Part shown: in pieces, positions 29,871 to 46,849 of the stretch
Layout of the letters: every line of letters begins with the position of its first letter
Numbering within the stretch: the first letter of the stretch is position 1
Assembly: GCA_964016885.1 (NCBI GenBank)
Contig: CAXHJY010000644.1
Location: forward strand, 62,001 to 126,000
Direction: 5' to 3'
Source of the DNA: Eledone cirrhosa
Lineage: Eukaryota
DNA length: 64,000 nucleotides
Made by a program: the position numbers and the translations under genes
Notes under the pieces: model-generated
Seen by the model: the letters and a program-made list of their open reading frames with translations, nothing else
Told to the model about the DNA's origin: nothing
Databases searched by the model: none

Positions 29871-32324
29871 CTAGCTAACAGGTTTAAAGTAGAAGAAAGA
29901 GCTTAATATTCGGTGGGGGCAAGAGGAAAAAATTTCAGACTTTCTATTTAGTAGAGGGCATTTAGCAAATATAATAGAGTGGGATTCGGCAAGGCACAGG
30001 TTGCATACTCTACTATGAGGAGTATATGGATGGGACTTAGCAACCTGCCGCCAAGTAAGTGTGTAAGGTGTCCGTGCATTTTTTAAATTATGGACGTACG
30101 CTGCCAAGGATGTGGAGTTCTTCAGTTTATTATGTCTAAAAGTGCATTGATGAGAGTTAAACCTGGTCTTAAAGGGGGTGGAAGTTGATCCTATATAGGT
30201 CATAGTGGACGCCGTAGTTACCACATCACACGCATAAACTATGTTTCTAACAAGGCAGAAACCATTCAGGGGGCAGCCCGAAGCCCTTCTACAGTTACAA
30301 CCTCTGGTGAAGCTATTCTCAGAAAGATCACCACCAGTGTCACTGCCCACTCTATCCACTACCGTGTTTTCCCCTAGGCTTAGGTTGTCCAGGCCTTCCT
30401 TTATTTTCTTATTATTAGTAATGGCCAGATGAGAGGCTAGATTTTGGGTTGTAGAATATGAAAGTTTAACAACATTCTTATTGAGGATAGAGTGGTACCT
30501 ATTACCAGGAGGGAAGTTCCGTTCTAGCACAGAGAAGAAGGCCCTAGGAATATCTGTAGCCACTTCAGAATTAAAAGGGGGGTTGAAGTATGTATTCAAT
30601 CTTCTTCTATTCTTTTTATTCTTTCTATTTCCATCAGTATTATTAGCATTATTATTTCTACGGTTCCTATGCTCACCTAGTCCATGCGGGGAGCTGCGAG
30701 GCCCACCATTGCTATTACTTATACCAATGGTGCCCTGCTGTTTCATTCCACCGGCATTTAGAACCCTCCGATTCGCGACACCTCGATTACCAATGGACAT
30801 ATTATGTGTTATAACAACACTGGTAGAGCCACTATTAGGACCATTATTTCCCTGGGTGTAATACAATTTGTCCCTAAAGCCGGATCTAGCTAAGGCGTCG
30901 TTATAGTAATCAGCCTGCGAGTCAAACGCCTCCTCACTATGTGAGAGTGAACTTATTCTATTAGATACGCCCTTCAGTATACCGCTGATGACAGACCTAG
31001 GGTGGTTGGAGTAGGTATTCACGTAAGTCAGCAATTCATTGGGCTTATGGTACGGTGTGTACGTATGGTTATCCAGGTCCAGTGTAACATCTAGGAAGTT
31101 CACAGTTCTATCATTTACATCCATTGTAATGGATAGGTTAAAAGTTTTAAAAAAGCTATGCAGCTTTTTCCTAATGCGCTCTATATTATACTTACTAGTA
31201 TCTATGGAGAGTAGGGCGTCATCTCGGTACAACCCACCCCTAAGGAAAGGGAAGTTACTATGCAGTTCATTGAGGAGGTATAGTCCAACCAAGTCAGTGA
31301 CTTGAGCAGAGTCACTCGACCCCATAGTGATGTCAAAATTATCAGGTGTGTTTTTTCTCGTCCATAGATTATCCTCAAACATGATAATGGTTTTACGTGC
31401 AGCGAGAACAATATCTATCTGTGGCCTAGTAGTTGCCCCCCTCCGCATGGCTAGGATGAGGGCCTTATTGAGGATAATAGGAGATATAGATGTATAATAA
31501 GCATCAATATCAAATTGGATGAATTTTAGTGAGTCACGACCACAATCAGTAGAGAACCATGTAATGACCTCACTAGTGTTACCCCAAAGCTCAAGGAAAG
31601 TTTTTTCTCTAACCAGGGGAATAACGCTATCCAAGATTCCCTTACTAATAATCCCCAGGTCAGACTTGGAGGGGCAGATAAGCCTAACCGAGGGTCTGCT
31701 AATAAAATCTTCCTTGTGGTCCTTGAGGGTGAATCTAGGCTGCCTGGGGTAATAAGGCTGAGTGTGTTTATCCAGTCCTAATTTTATCACTATGTTATAC
31801 CCCTCCAGATTAATATTATCTAAATTACTCTGCGTTGTTTTTTTGTAGTTCCTATGTAGTTCATTATAAATGAAGCCTCGATAGGTTTTATAATCCATAC
31901 TATATAAGTTTTTAGTTTTGTCAGAGGGGACCAGAATGGATTTATTATCCCTAAAGTCCCTAACGATTGAACTTAGTTTACTCTGAAATTTATTGGTACA
32001 TCTAGATTTTTTATATCTAATATTCCTAACAAGGGATAATAGCTCACTTTCGAAGTTATCCAACAGGCTATTATGCGGGGGGCTCCTATAGGTCTTAAAT
32101 CCATAATTATTAAAACTACGCCTCTCCTCAGGGCTATCATACCTCTTATCAAAGTGGAACGCACGCCACCGAACACGTTTTACGAATGAGTTTATGCTAG
32201 TTATCAATGATTTCTCATACGAGATTTTAGGGGGGGTGGGAATATTCTTCAAGGAAATGGGTAAGTATGTCTTTGTTAGCATACTGCCTGATAATATACA
32301 AGGACGCAAATCCGCGTATATCAA
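29871..32324 (-). CDS. PLE reverse transcriptase + C-terminal GIY-YIG endonuclease (intact; ATG at 32282)
   Basis: SLKNIP, VPSDKT, IQFDIDAYYTSI, TMGS, GLYRDD, NFLDVTL, SNHP; CNCRRASGCPL (CxCx5C), IVY..TYIG, CNLCLAE. Confidence 0.92.
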   Translation of the reverse strand: MIYADLRPCILSGSMLTKTYLPISLKNIPTPPKISYEKSLITSINSFVKRVRWRAFHFDKRYDSPEERRSFNNYGFKTYRSPPHNSLLDNFESELLSLVRNIRYKKSRCTNKFQSKLSSIVRDFRDNKSILVPSDKTKNLYSMDYKTYRGFIYNELHRNYKKTTQSNLDNINLEGYNIVIKLGLDKHTQPYYPRQPRFTLKDHKEDFISRPSVRLICPSKSDLGIISKGILDSVIPLVREKTFLELWGNTSEVITWFSTDCGRDSLKFIQFDIDAYYTSISPIILNKALILAMRRGATTRPQIDIVLAARKTIIMFEDNLWTRKNTPDNFDITMGSSDSAQVTDLVGLYLLNELHSNFPFLRGGLYRDDALLSIDTSKYNIERIRKKLHSFFKTFNLSITMDVNDRTVNFLDVTLDLDNHTYTPYHKPNELLTYVNTYSNHPRSVISGILKGVSNRISSLSHSEEAFDSQADYYNDALARSGFRDKLYYTQGNNGPNSGSTSVVITHNMSIGNRGVANRRVLNAGGMKQQGTIGISNSNGGPRSSPHGLGEHRNRRNNNANNTDGNRKNKKNRRRLNTYFNPPFNSEVATDIPRAFFSVLERNFPPGNRYHSILNKNVVKLSYSTTQNLASHLAITNNKKIKEGLDNLSLGENTVVDRVGSDTGGDLSENSFTRGCNCRRASGCPLNGFCLVRNIVYACDVVTTASTMTYIGSTSTPFKTRFNSHQCTFRHNKLKNSTSLAAYVHNLKNARTPYTLTWRQVAKSHPYTPHSRVCNLCLAESHSIIFAKCPLLNRKSEIFSSCPHRILSSFFYFKPVS

Positions 32325-32495
32325 AGTTTAAGCTCAACCAGTGGGAGCCGTATAGTATGCTAGGGAAAGGATCAGGGGTGTATAACACTCCACTTATCCA
32401 GCAGGCAGTATGAGGTTAGCTCAATGTCTGAGGACAGAGCCGTAATATAATAAATAAATAACAAAGAACGCTTATAGCATATGCATATCTTTACT

Positions 32496-32541
32496 TGCTA
32501 ACATTGTTTCATCCACACTATAAGTGGGACTCATCAGAGCA
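32496..32541 (-). ncRNA. Minimal type I hammerhead in the 5' pLTR
   Basis: Identical to 27539..27584; about 210 nt upstream of the ORF ATG. Confidence 0.78.
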
Positions 32542-33810
32542 TAAAGGTTAAATTACATACCATACAAGCAATAACAAATCCAAGACATTGAAGAATGAAA
32601 GGTAATAATAGACGATAGAGGATAAGAATAAAAAGTAAATAAAAATAAAAGTGAAAATAAAAATAAAATAAAAATAAGGGGTGCTATCTGTCACAGTTGG
32701 GCGGTGTGCTGTCAACATATAGTTACATACAAGCATACACATGGATAAGAGAACAGACAAGAGTAGACACATGGATAAGAGAACAGACAAGAGTAGATAA
32801 GATAATGGGATTAGGTAAGAGTAGGTAAAAAATAGGTAAAAAATAGGTAAAAAACAGACATAATATATATAAAAAGAAATACAAAGAAATACATAACAAA
32901 CTTACATATAAAATATAAAATATAGGGTAAGGAATGAGATAAAATAATATACAATTAAAAATTAAAAATTATATACATAGAACATAATATAGTATAATCG
33001 TAAAATAAGATAAAATAAGGTAAACTAAAATCAAATAACATAGACTAAATTAAAATTAAAATCAAATGTGTAATTATAATTATATGTATAATTAAATGTA
33101 ATTAAATGTAATTAAATAAATAAATAAAGAAATAAATAAATAAAAATTAAAAATTAAATAAATAAATAAAATTAAAATATAAATTTTAAAATTTTAAAAA
33201 TTAAAATCTAAATTTAAATATAAATAAATAAATAAATGGAGTCAAGTAAGTAAATAAATAAAATTAGATAACATGAAATGAAATAAAATAAAATGAAATA
33301 AAGTAAATTGAGATAAGATATATATTTTTTTAGAGTTGAATATATCAGGGGCCCACGAAGGCACTAAATGTCACAGTTATGTGTATCACTTGACCAATTT
33401 TTCAAAATACATTTCTTGAAAACATCAGGGGCCCACGAAGGCACTAAGTGTCACAGTCACCAGTATCACTTGACCATTGCAAGGCAATGGAGGCGTCCCA
33501 GGTTGGGCAGTCTCGAAAGTTCACTCGAAAGTCATGGGTGTGCATTCACACAGTTGAGCGGTGGGGTAATCACAAACCGGTTCACACACCAATTTTTTAA
33601 AAATATATATTTCTTGAGAACATCAGGGGCCCACGAAGGCGCTAAGTGTCACAGTTACCAGTATCACTCGAGCGGTGGGGTAATCACAAACCGGTTCAAC
33701 ACGGGTAGGAGTCAAATGGTCAGAAAGGTGCATCAAAAGAGTTAGAAGAATTCACATGCAAGCGTTAGGTTAAAGCAAGCATATATATATATATATATAT
33801 ACATACATAC

Positions 33811-33840
<30 letters not shown>

Positions 33841-33843
<3 letters not shown>

Positions 33844-34145
33844 ATATAAGATCAAAAGATGGTTAAAGGAGTTCCATATATTTTATTATGCGCATTTCAA
33901 AAACAACTGCACTATCAACAAGTGTTTTTTAGCCTTCATATCATGTTCTCCTGTTTTATCTGATGAAAACACAAATATTATTGTTTGATGATGTTTGTTT
34001 TTGAAATGCGCATAATAAAATATATGGAACTCCTTTAACCATCTTTTGATCTTATATTATGCATACTCCAGTCCCACAAACTGTAGAGTGCTTCTTATCC
34101 GATATCTGCATTGCTTTATTGTACTACAATAAAACTCACCTCCTA
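33841..34145 (+). mobile_element. Short PLE-type terminal fragment with 66-bp inverted repeat
   Basis: 33841..33906 is the reverse complement of 33995..34060; contains a hammerhead and the bulged hairpin; TA flanks. Confidence 0.65.
33954..34020 (+). ncRNA. Type I hammerhead motif (AUA triplet)
   Basis: ttttat CTGATGA aaaca..tgttttt GAAAT gcgc ATA ataaaa. Confidence 0.68.
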
Positions 34146-34146
34146 C

Positions 34147-34195
<49 letters not shown>

Positions 34196-34278
34196 CATAC
34201 ATATATATATATATATATATACATACATATATATATATATATACATACATATACATACATACATATATATATATATAC

Positions 34279-34309
<31 letters not shown>

Positions 34310-34528
34310 CATATACATACATATATATATATATATACATATACATACATATATATATATATACATATACATACATATATATATACATATACATACATAT
34401 ATATATATATACATACATATATATATATATACATACATACATATATATATATACATACATACATATACATACATATATATATATATATATACATACATAT
34501 ATATATATACATACATATATATATATAC

Positions 34529-34559
<31 letters not shown>

Positions 34560-34587
34560 CATACATACATATATATATATACATACA

Positions 34588-34623
<36 letters not shown>

Positions 34624-34775
34624 TATACATACATATATATATATACATACATATATATATATACATACATACATATATATACATACATACATATATATAC
34701 ATACATACATATATATACATACATACATACATATATATATATACATATATACATACATATATATATATACATATA

Positions 34776-34806
<31 letters not shown>

Positions 34807-34945
34807 ATACATATATACATACATATATATATATACATATATACATACATATATATATATATACATATATACATACATATATATATATACATATATACAT
34901 ACATATATATATATACATATATACATACATATATATATATATATA

Positions 34946-38421
<3,476 letters not shown>

Positions 38422-38452
38422 GTATATACATATATATATATATATATATATG

Positions 38453-38654
<202 letters not shown>

Positions 38655-38682
38655 CATACATATATATATATATATATATATG

Positions 38683-38752
<70 letters not shown>

Positions 38753-38776
38753 CATATATATATATATATATATATG

Positions 38777-38858
<82 letters not shown>

Positions 38859-38877
38859 CATATATATATATATGTAT

Positions 38878-38909
<32 letters not shown>

Positions 38910-39092
38910 GTATACACATACATACATACATATATATATATATACATATATATATAGATACATATATATATACATACATATATATATAGATACATATATA
39001 TATACATACATATATATATAGATACATATATATATACATACATATATACATATATATATACATACATATATATATATACATACATGTATACA

Positions 39093-39123
<31 letters not shown>

Positions 39124-39224
39124 ACATAGATATATATATACATAGATATATATATACATACATATATATATACATATATATACATACATATATATATATA
39201 CATACATATATATATATACATACA

Positions 39225-39265
<41 letters not shown>

Positions 39266-39395
39266 ACATACATATATATATATACATACATATATATATA
39301 TACATACATATATATATATACATACATATATATATATACATACATATATATATATACATACATATATATATACATACATACATATATATATATAC

Positions 39396-39428
<33 letters not shown>

Positions 39429-39605
39429 CATATATATATATACATACATATATATATACATACACATATATATATATATATATATATACATACATATATA
39501 TATATATATATACATACATATATATATATATATATACATACATATATATATATATATATACATACATATATATATATATATATACATACATATATATATA
39601 TATAT

Positions 39606-39722
<117 letters not shown>

Positions 39723-39741
39723 CATACATATATATATATAT

Positions 39742-39784
<43 letters not shown>

Positions 39785-39805
39785 CATATATATATATATA
39801 TACAT

Positions 39806-40031
39806 ATGGTGGCTGCCAACTCATTTTCGAGTACGGCCACTACTTTATATCCATGTAGGAGAACCCCTACCGATGCGCTGAACAACTGTGACTTTTTAGT
39901 CCAGCCAGCGACTTGAAAACTCTGGTACAAACACTACACTAGTGACAATTATATAGTGCTGGGCCCATGGTACCATGTGACGACAAGGGCAAAGAGATCT
40001 CCAGATATAAAGCAATGACTGTGCCGTGAAG
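39806..40031 (-). mobile_element. Family X copy D (short 3' fragment)
   Basis: Matches the 3' ~230 bp of family X with a small deletion. Confidence 0.85.
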
Positions 40032-40057
40032 ATTATATATATATATGTATATATATG

Positions 40058-40113
<56 letters not shown>

Positions 40114-40513
40114 CATATATATATATACATATATACATATACATATATATATATACATATATATATATACATATATATATATACATATATATATATACAT
40201 ATATATATATACATATATACATATACATATATATATATACATATATATATATACATATATATATATACATATACATATATACATATACATACATATACAT
40301 ATATATACATACATACATATATATATACATACATACACATATATATATACATACATACATATATATATACATACATACATATATATATACATACATACAT
40401 ACATATATATATACATACATATATATATATATATATATACATACATATATATATATATATACATACATATATATATATATATACATACATATATATATAT
40501 ATATACATACATA

Positions 40514-40545
<32 letters not shown>

Positions 40546-40546
40546 C

Positions 40547-40585
<39 letters not shown>

Positions 40586-40596
40586 CATATATATAC

Positions 40597-40657
<61 letters not shown>

Positions 40658-40662
40658 TATAC

Positions 40663-40779
<117 letters not shown>

Positions 40780-40820
40780 CATATATATACATATATATAT
40801 ATATACATATATATACATAT

Positions 40821-41843
40821 GGACGTATTTAACTGAACAAATTTTGTATTTTTGTTAATCGCTTGTTAAATGCATAGACCCATCTCAATCAAATCATTAC
40901 CTTCTTGCTAGCTATTTTCAAACCTTAATTCCTAACGTATTTTCAAACCCCAAAAAAAGCAAAAAAGCAAAATCCTTTCCTTCTTCCTTCTTCGAAGGCA
41001 CGGGGCGGTCAAACGCCTAACACCCACAGCCATCATGTGGCCCCCTACCCTCGCACTCTCTCTCTCTCTCTCTCTCTCCCTATAAATATATGATAGGAAT
41101 TCACTTCGCCAAATTTCATTTCTTTGCCTGCTGTCCGAAAGAAAATCATGTAAACATAAGGTACAGACTTCATCTCTCTCTCCTCTCTCTCTCTCATTTC
41201 GTATTTCAAGTCCAAATAGCCATTCTATCGCTAAAACAAACTACACATTTTCTGTTCCTATTAAGTGCTAAATACGTTTAGGTTTTTGGACGTATTTAAC
41301 TGAACAAATTTTGTATTTTTGTTAATCGCTTGTTAAATGCATAGACCCATCTCAATCAAATCATTACCTTCTTGCTAGCTATTTTCAAACCTTAATTCCT
41401 AACGTATTTTCAAACCCCAAAAAAAGCAAAAAAGCAAAATCCTTTCCTTCTTCCTTCTTCGAAGGCACGGGGCGGTCAAACGCCTAACACCCACAGCCAT
41501 CATGTGGCCCCCTACCCTCGCACTCTCTCTCTCTCTCTCTCTCTCCCTATAAATATATGATAGGAATTCACTTCGCCAAATTTCATTTCTTTGCCTGCTG
41601 TCCGAAAGAAAATCATGTAAACATAAGGTACAGACTTCATCTCTCTCTCCTCTCTCTCTCTCATTTCGTATTTCAAGTCCAAATAGCCATTCTATCGCTA
41701 AAACAAACTACACATTTTCTGTTCCTATTAAGTGCTAAATACGTTTAGGTTTTTGGACGTATTTAACTGAACAAATTTTGTATTTTTGTTAATCGCTTGT
41801 TAAATGCATAGACACATCTCAATCATTACCTTCTTGCTAGCTA
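40821..41843. repeat. 467-bp tandem repeat (2 units + partial) directly upstream of the RTE ORF
   Basis: ggacgtatttaactgaac starts at 40821, 41288 and 41755; the unit contains (CT)n followed by TATAAATA. Confidence 0.93.
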
Positions 41844-44800
41844 CCCAACACCCCTCCCTCCCACCCCCACACACCACCATTGCTATTACGTGGACCAATC
41901 ATAAAACAGCCCCCACGTATCACCAGTATTATTACGCGGACCAATCAGAAACCAGAGGCCTATACTATCGCTTGCCTGGTTGCCTTTCGATATACGATAT
42001 ATGATGGATGGATGGACTGCGGAATCCTGGAGAGTGGAGGTGAGAGAGAAAAATCTGGACGCTCAGCGACAATGCCAAAGATAAAGACAAATTCACCCCT
42101 TGGACGAGAATGCGAGCACTCCTCATTGTTTCGACCACGGACGGCTAACATAACACCATCGCCCCCCGCCCCTCACCGCCCCCAACCCCCAAACGCAATC
42201 CAAAACTTCAGAGTTGGTACCATAAATGTAGGCACCCTAAAGGGTCGCGCTAACGAGGTTGTAGAAATGCTTGAACGTAAGGAGGTCGATGTTTGTTGTA
42301 TTCAAGAGACCAGGTGGAGGGGTGGGTCTGCTAGGTTCATTGAGGGTAAAAAACGTTGTTATAAGCTTTTCTGGGTGGGAAACGACGATGGGCTGGGTGG
42401 AGTAGGAATCATGGTAGCAGAAAAGTGGGCAGATAAGATAATAGACGTAAATAGAGTGAACGACAGAATAATTAAAATACGACTTGTCCTCAATAGAACT
42501 ACGGTGACAGTAATATCTGCGTACGCACCCCAATCCGGACTGCCCGGCACTATAAAAGACAGATTCTATGAGACACTGATGCTAACTACCTCCCAAATAT
42601 CCGACAGTGACTATATAATTATCGCAGGCGACCTAAATGGTCACGTTGGACAACATTGTGACGGCTACGACGAAATCCATGGAGGCTATGGGTTTGGTAC
42701 TAGAAATGAGGAAGGCTCCAGAATCCTGGAATTCTGTGATGCAAATAACCTAACTATCTGTAACACTAACTTCAAAAAACGTGACAATCACCTGATCACC
42801 TATAGATCCGGGGAACACACAAGCCAGGTAGATTATATCCTTACCAGAAGACGTGACAGAGTGTCTGTTGTTAACACTAAATCCCTCCCCCATGAAGAAT
42901 GCAACTCCCAACATAGACTGATAATTAGCGACCTCATAGTCAGGACGAGACGTACTCGACAACAGAAGAGGACTATCCTCAGGAGGAAAATATGGAAGTT
43001 AAAGGACCCCACAGCCAGGAATAAATTTCAAAGCATATTACTTGATGCTTTCGACAGTAAGGAAGAACATTTAGAGTCGGACAATATAGAGGGAGAGTGG
43101 GAATTTCTGAAAGCAAACCTGCTGTTGGCGACAGACGAGGTCTGTGGCTGGAGCAGGCCTGTAGGCAGGAGGAGAGTAACATGGTGGTGGAACAGTAAGG
43201 TGGAGGGGTCAATTAAGGCCAAAAAGCAGGCTTGGAAAGTATGGCGGGATGGGGGAAGTAGAGAGGACTATCAAGTGGCCAGGAGGGAAGCTAGGAGACA
43301 AGTGTACTTAGCAAGAAGGGAAGCTGAGGAAAGAAAGTTCAAGCATGTTCTACAACGCGATGACCAAAAACGTGAGGTGTTCAGGATTGCTAGGCAATGC
43401 GTCAAGGAAAACCGTGATATTGTCGGGGAGAAGTGTGTACTAAACGACGATGGCACACTTGCCATCACCGACGCTGATAAGAAGGTAGCTTGGAAGTGTC
43501 ACTATGAAAGGCTTCTAAATGAGGAGAATAATTGGGAGAAAGGCAGTCTCCCCCATATCGACCCAATAGAGGGACCAGCAGTGTTAGTCGAGGGGAGTAT
43601 AATAAGTAAGGCAATCAAGGATATGAAGACTGGTAAGGCGGCTGGGCCTTCGGAAATAGTTGCTGAGATGCTGAAGGCATCTGGCACGGTGGGACACACC
43701 ATGGTCACCCGCATAGTTAACCAAGTCGTACAAAACGGGGTTGTTCCGAAGGACTGGCATAGCAGCATCATCGTTAACTGTTATAAGGGTAAAGGAGACG
43801 CCCTAGATAGGAGTAACTATAGAGGCATTAAATTAATCGACCAGGTCATGAAGGTCACGGAAAGAGTAATAGCGCAGCTAATCAGAGAGAGAATTGACCT
43901 AGATGAAATGCAGTTCGGGTTTGTGTCAGGCAAAAGTACCACAGACGCTCTTTTCATAGTACGACAACTACAAGAGAAGTACCTAGCTAAAGGTAAACCC
44001 CTCTACTTAGCTTTTGTCGACTTGGAGAAAGCCTTCGACAGAGTCCCCCGCTCCATTATCTGGTGGGCTCTTAGAAAACTAGGCGTTGACGAATGGCTTG
44101 TGAGGGCTATACAAGCCATGTATAAAGAAACAGTCAGCAAGGTTAGAATTAACAACGAATATAGTGAAGAGTTTAGCGTAAAAGTCGGCGTCCATCAGGG
44201 CTCTGTTCTCAGTCCACTACTATTTATTATTGCCCTTCAGGCCATAACAGAGGAGTTCAAGACAGGCTGCCCATGGGAACTCCTATACGCAGACGACCTG
44301 ACACTCATAGCGGAATCAATGGCCGAGCTAGAGAAGAAATTCCAAACATGGAAGCACGGCCTAGAGTCAAAAGGACTTAAAATTAACCTGGCTAAGACCA
44401 AAGTACTAGTTTGTAGGAAAGAAAACAAGGCGGCGGTCCCTTCTGGGAAATGGTCGTGCTCGGTGTGTAGGAAAGGCGTAGGTAGAAACTCCATTTTATG
44501 TCCTAAATGCAAAGTATGGGTGCATAAAAGATGTAGTGGGATCACAGGTAGGCTAACTAAGAACATAGATTTTACATGTGGCCGGTGCTCTGGTGCAATA
44601 AGTAGCAGCAAGTGCCCACAAACTACTAGCTCTTTCAATTGCGCAGAGGGTTCTATAGAAATAGTGGACAGCTTCCGTTACCTGGGCGATAAAATCAGCA
44701 GTGGGGGAGGGTGCTCTGAAAGTACTGTAGCTAGAGTCAGAACTGGTTGGAAAAAGTTCAGAGAGCTTATACCACTATTAGCTGCTAAAGGGTTCTCACT

Positions 44801-45634
44801 AAAAATGAAAGGCAGGTTGTACGATGCCTGCATACGAACAGCAATGCTGCATGGCAGTGAGACCTGGGCATTGTGTGCAGAGGATATACGCAGACTAGAG
44901 AGGAACGAAGCTTGCATGCTCCGCTGGATGTGTAACAGTAATATACGTGAACGGCAAAGCATAAACGAACTAAGGAATAAATTAGAGATAAGAGGGATCA
45001 GATGTTGTTTACTCGAGAGAAGGCTACGTTGGTATGGACACGTGATGCGCATGAAAGTCGATAGCTGTATAACAAAGTGCAGGGCAATAAAGATAGACGG
45101 TAGTCACGGAATAGGCAGACCTAGAAAAACCTGGGACGAGCTGATAAACTCCGACATCACACACTTACACCTCTCCAAGACAATGTCACTGGACCGAGAC
45201 CTTTGGCGGTACTCAGTAACAGAGAAGACCCGCCTTACCTAAATATATAGTAAAACCTACTCCAGCCAGTAGGCATCTCTAACAAATACACCCCGTCCCA
45301 CCACCCCCACCCGATCCACACCCCCCCGTTCTATGTAAAGTTATGTTGGTGCCGCGCCATCGAGGCCGAAACAAATGAGATCGTGTAGGTGTCACGACAA
45401 AAAAACACACAGTCCACGCTGTAATGTGGCCGTGTAGGCAACACGGTAAAAACCTCCCAGACCCACACTGTAAATGTGGTTGGTGTTAGGAAGGGCATCC
45501 AACTGTAGAAAACCTGCCAGACAGTCCTATGCGAGCAAGACAATCACTCTTGCCTCAAGTGGGACTACCCCCGTCCAAACCCATGCAAGCGTGGAACACG
45601 GACGTTAAACGCTGATGATGATGATGATGATGAT
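41844..45634 (+). mobile_element. Full-length RTE-clade LINE (family RTE1)
   Basis: Single intact APE-RT ORF, 3' UTR ending ..ccatgcaagcgtggaacacggacgttaaacgct(GAT)n. Confidence 0.9.
42012..45242 (+). CDS. RTE APE endonuclease + RT with PHD-like finger (start ATG 42012 or 42072)
   Basis: GTINVGTL, CIQETRW, SAYAPQ, AGDLNGHVG, SQHR; [32 protein letters not shown]; CSVC..CPKCKVWVHKRC..CGRC; [15 protein letters not shown]. Confidence 0.92.
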   Translation: MDCGILESGGEREKSGRSATMPKIKTNSPLGRECEHSSLFRPRTANITPSPPAPHRPQPPNAIQNFRVGTINVGTLKGRANEVVEMLERKEVDVCCIQETRWRGGSARFIEGKKRCYKLFWVGNDDGLGGVGIMVAEKWADKIIDVNRVNDRIIKIRLVLNRTTVTVISAYAPQSGLPGTIKDRFYETLMLTTSQISDSDYIIIAGDLNGHVGQHCDGYDEIHGGYGFGTRNEEGSRILEFCDANNLTICNTNFKKRDNHLITYRSGEHTSQVDYILTRRRDRVSVVNTKSLPHEECNSQHRLIISDLIVRTRRTRQQKRTILRRKIWKLKDPTARNKFQSILLDAFDSKEEHLESDNIEGEWEFLKANLLLATDEVCGWSRPVGRRRVTWWWNSKVEGSIKAKKQAWKVWRDGGSREDYQVARREARRQVYLARREAEERKFKHVLQRDDQKREVFRIARQCVKENRDIVGEKCVLNDDGTLAITDADKKVAWKCHYERLLNEENNWEKGSLPHIDPIEGPAVLVEGSIISKAIKDMKTGKAAGPSEIVAEMLKASGTVGHTMVTRIVNQVVQNGVVPKDWHSSIIVNCYKGKGDALDRSNYRGIKLIDQVMKVTERVIAQLIRERIDLDEMQFGFVSGKSTTDALFIVRQLQEKYLAKGKPLYLAFVDLEKAFDRVPRSIIWWALRKLGVDEWLVRAIQAMYKETVSKVRINNEYSEEFSVKVGVHQGSVLSPLLFIIALQAITEEFKTGCPWELLYADDLTLIAESMAELEKKFQTWKHGLESKGLKINLAKTKVLVCRKENKAAVPSGKWSCSVCRKGVGRNSILCPKCKVWVHKRCSGITGRLTKNIDFTCGRCSGAISSSKCPQTTSSFNCAEGSIEIVDSFRYLGDKISSGGGCSESTVARVRTGWKKFRELIPLLAAKGFSLKMKGRLYDACIRTAMLHGSETWALCAEDIRRLERNEACMLRWMCNSNIRERQSINELRNKLEIRGIRCCLLERRLRWYGHVMRMKVDSCITKCRAIKIDGSHGIGRPRKTWDELINSDITHLHLSKTMSLDRDLWRYSVTEKTRLT

Positions 45635-45662
45635 ACATATATATATATATACATATATATAC

Positions 45663-45693
<31 letters not shown>

Positions 45694-45736
45694 CATATAT
45701 ATACATATATATATATACATATACATATATATATAC

Positions 45737-45783
<47 letters not shown>

Positions 45784-45822
45784 CATATATATACATATAT
45801 ATACATATATATATATATACAT

Positions 45823-45916
45823 GTCTAAGGCGGGTAAAATTCCCGAGATCTATGGACGAGTTCTCTCCAGCGGTCCCTGTCCCTCATTGTCGCTGCCATG
45901 TCCTGCATCTCCAACA
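45823..45916 (-). mobile_element. 3'-terminal RTE fragment (same family as 8916..9086)
   Basis: [29 protein letters not shown]. Confidence 0.72.
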
Positions 45917-46181
45917 TACATATACATACATACATATATACATGTATATACATACATATATACATGTATATACATACATATATACATGTATATACATACA
46001 TATATACATGTATATACATACATATATACATGTATATACATACATATATACATGTATATACATACATATATACATATATATACATACATACATACATATA
46101 TATACATACATATATACATACATACATATATATATACATACATATATATATATACATATATATATACATACATATATATAC

Positions 46182-46219
<38 letters not shown>

Positions 46220-46849
46220 ACATATATATACATACATATATATATACATACATATATATATACATACATATATATACATATATATATACATACATATATA
46301 TATATACATATATATACATACATATATATATACATACATATATATATACATATATATATACATATATATATACATATATATATACATACATATATATATA
46401 TATACATACATATATATATACATACATATATATATACATACATATATACATACATACATATATACATACATACATATATATATACATATATATATACATA
46501 TATATATACATACATATATACATACATATATACATACATATATACATACATACATACATACATATATACATACATACATATATATATACATATATATATA
46601 CATATATATATACATATATATATACATATATATATACATACATATATATATACATATATATACATATATATATACATATATACATACATATATATATACA
46701 TACATATATACATACATATATATATACATACATATATATATACATATATATACATACATACATATATATATACATACATATATACATACATATATACATA
46801 CATATATATATACATACATATATACATATATATATACATACATATATAC

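Larger units (their letters stand above)
27487..33780 (-). mobile_element. Full-length Penelope-like element (Hydra-clade-like) with 1.34-kb pseudo-LTRs
   Basis: Direct repeats 27487..28831 / 32444..33780 (one 8-bp indel) flank an intact RT-EN ORF; hammerhead in each repeat; TA flanks. Confidence 0.9.

Noticed and set aside
27487-33780. LTR retrotransposon
   Set aside because: No gag, protease, integrase, TG..CA ends or PBS; the RT and EN are PLE-type.
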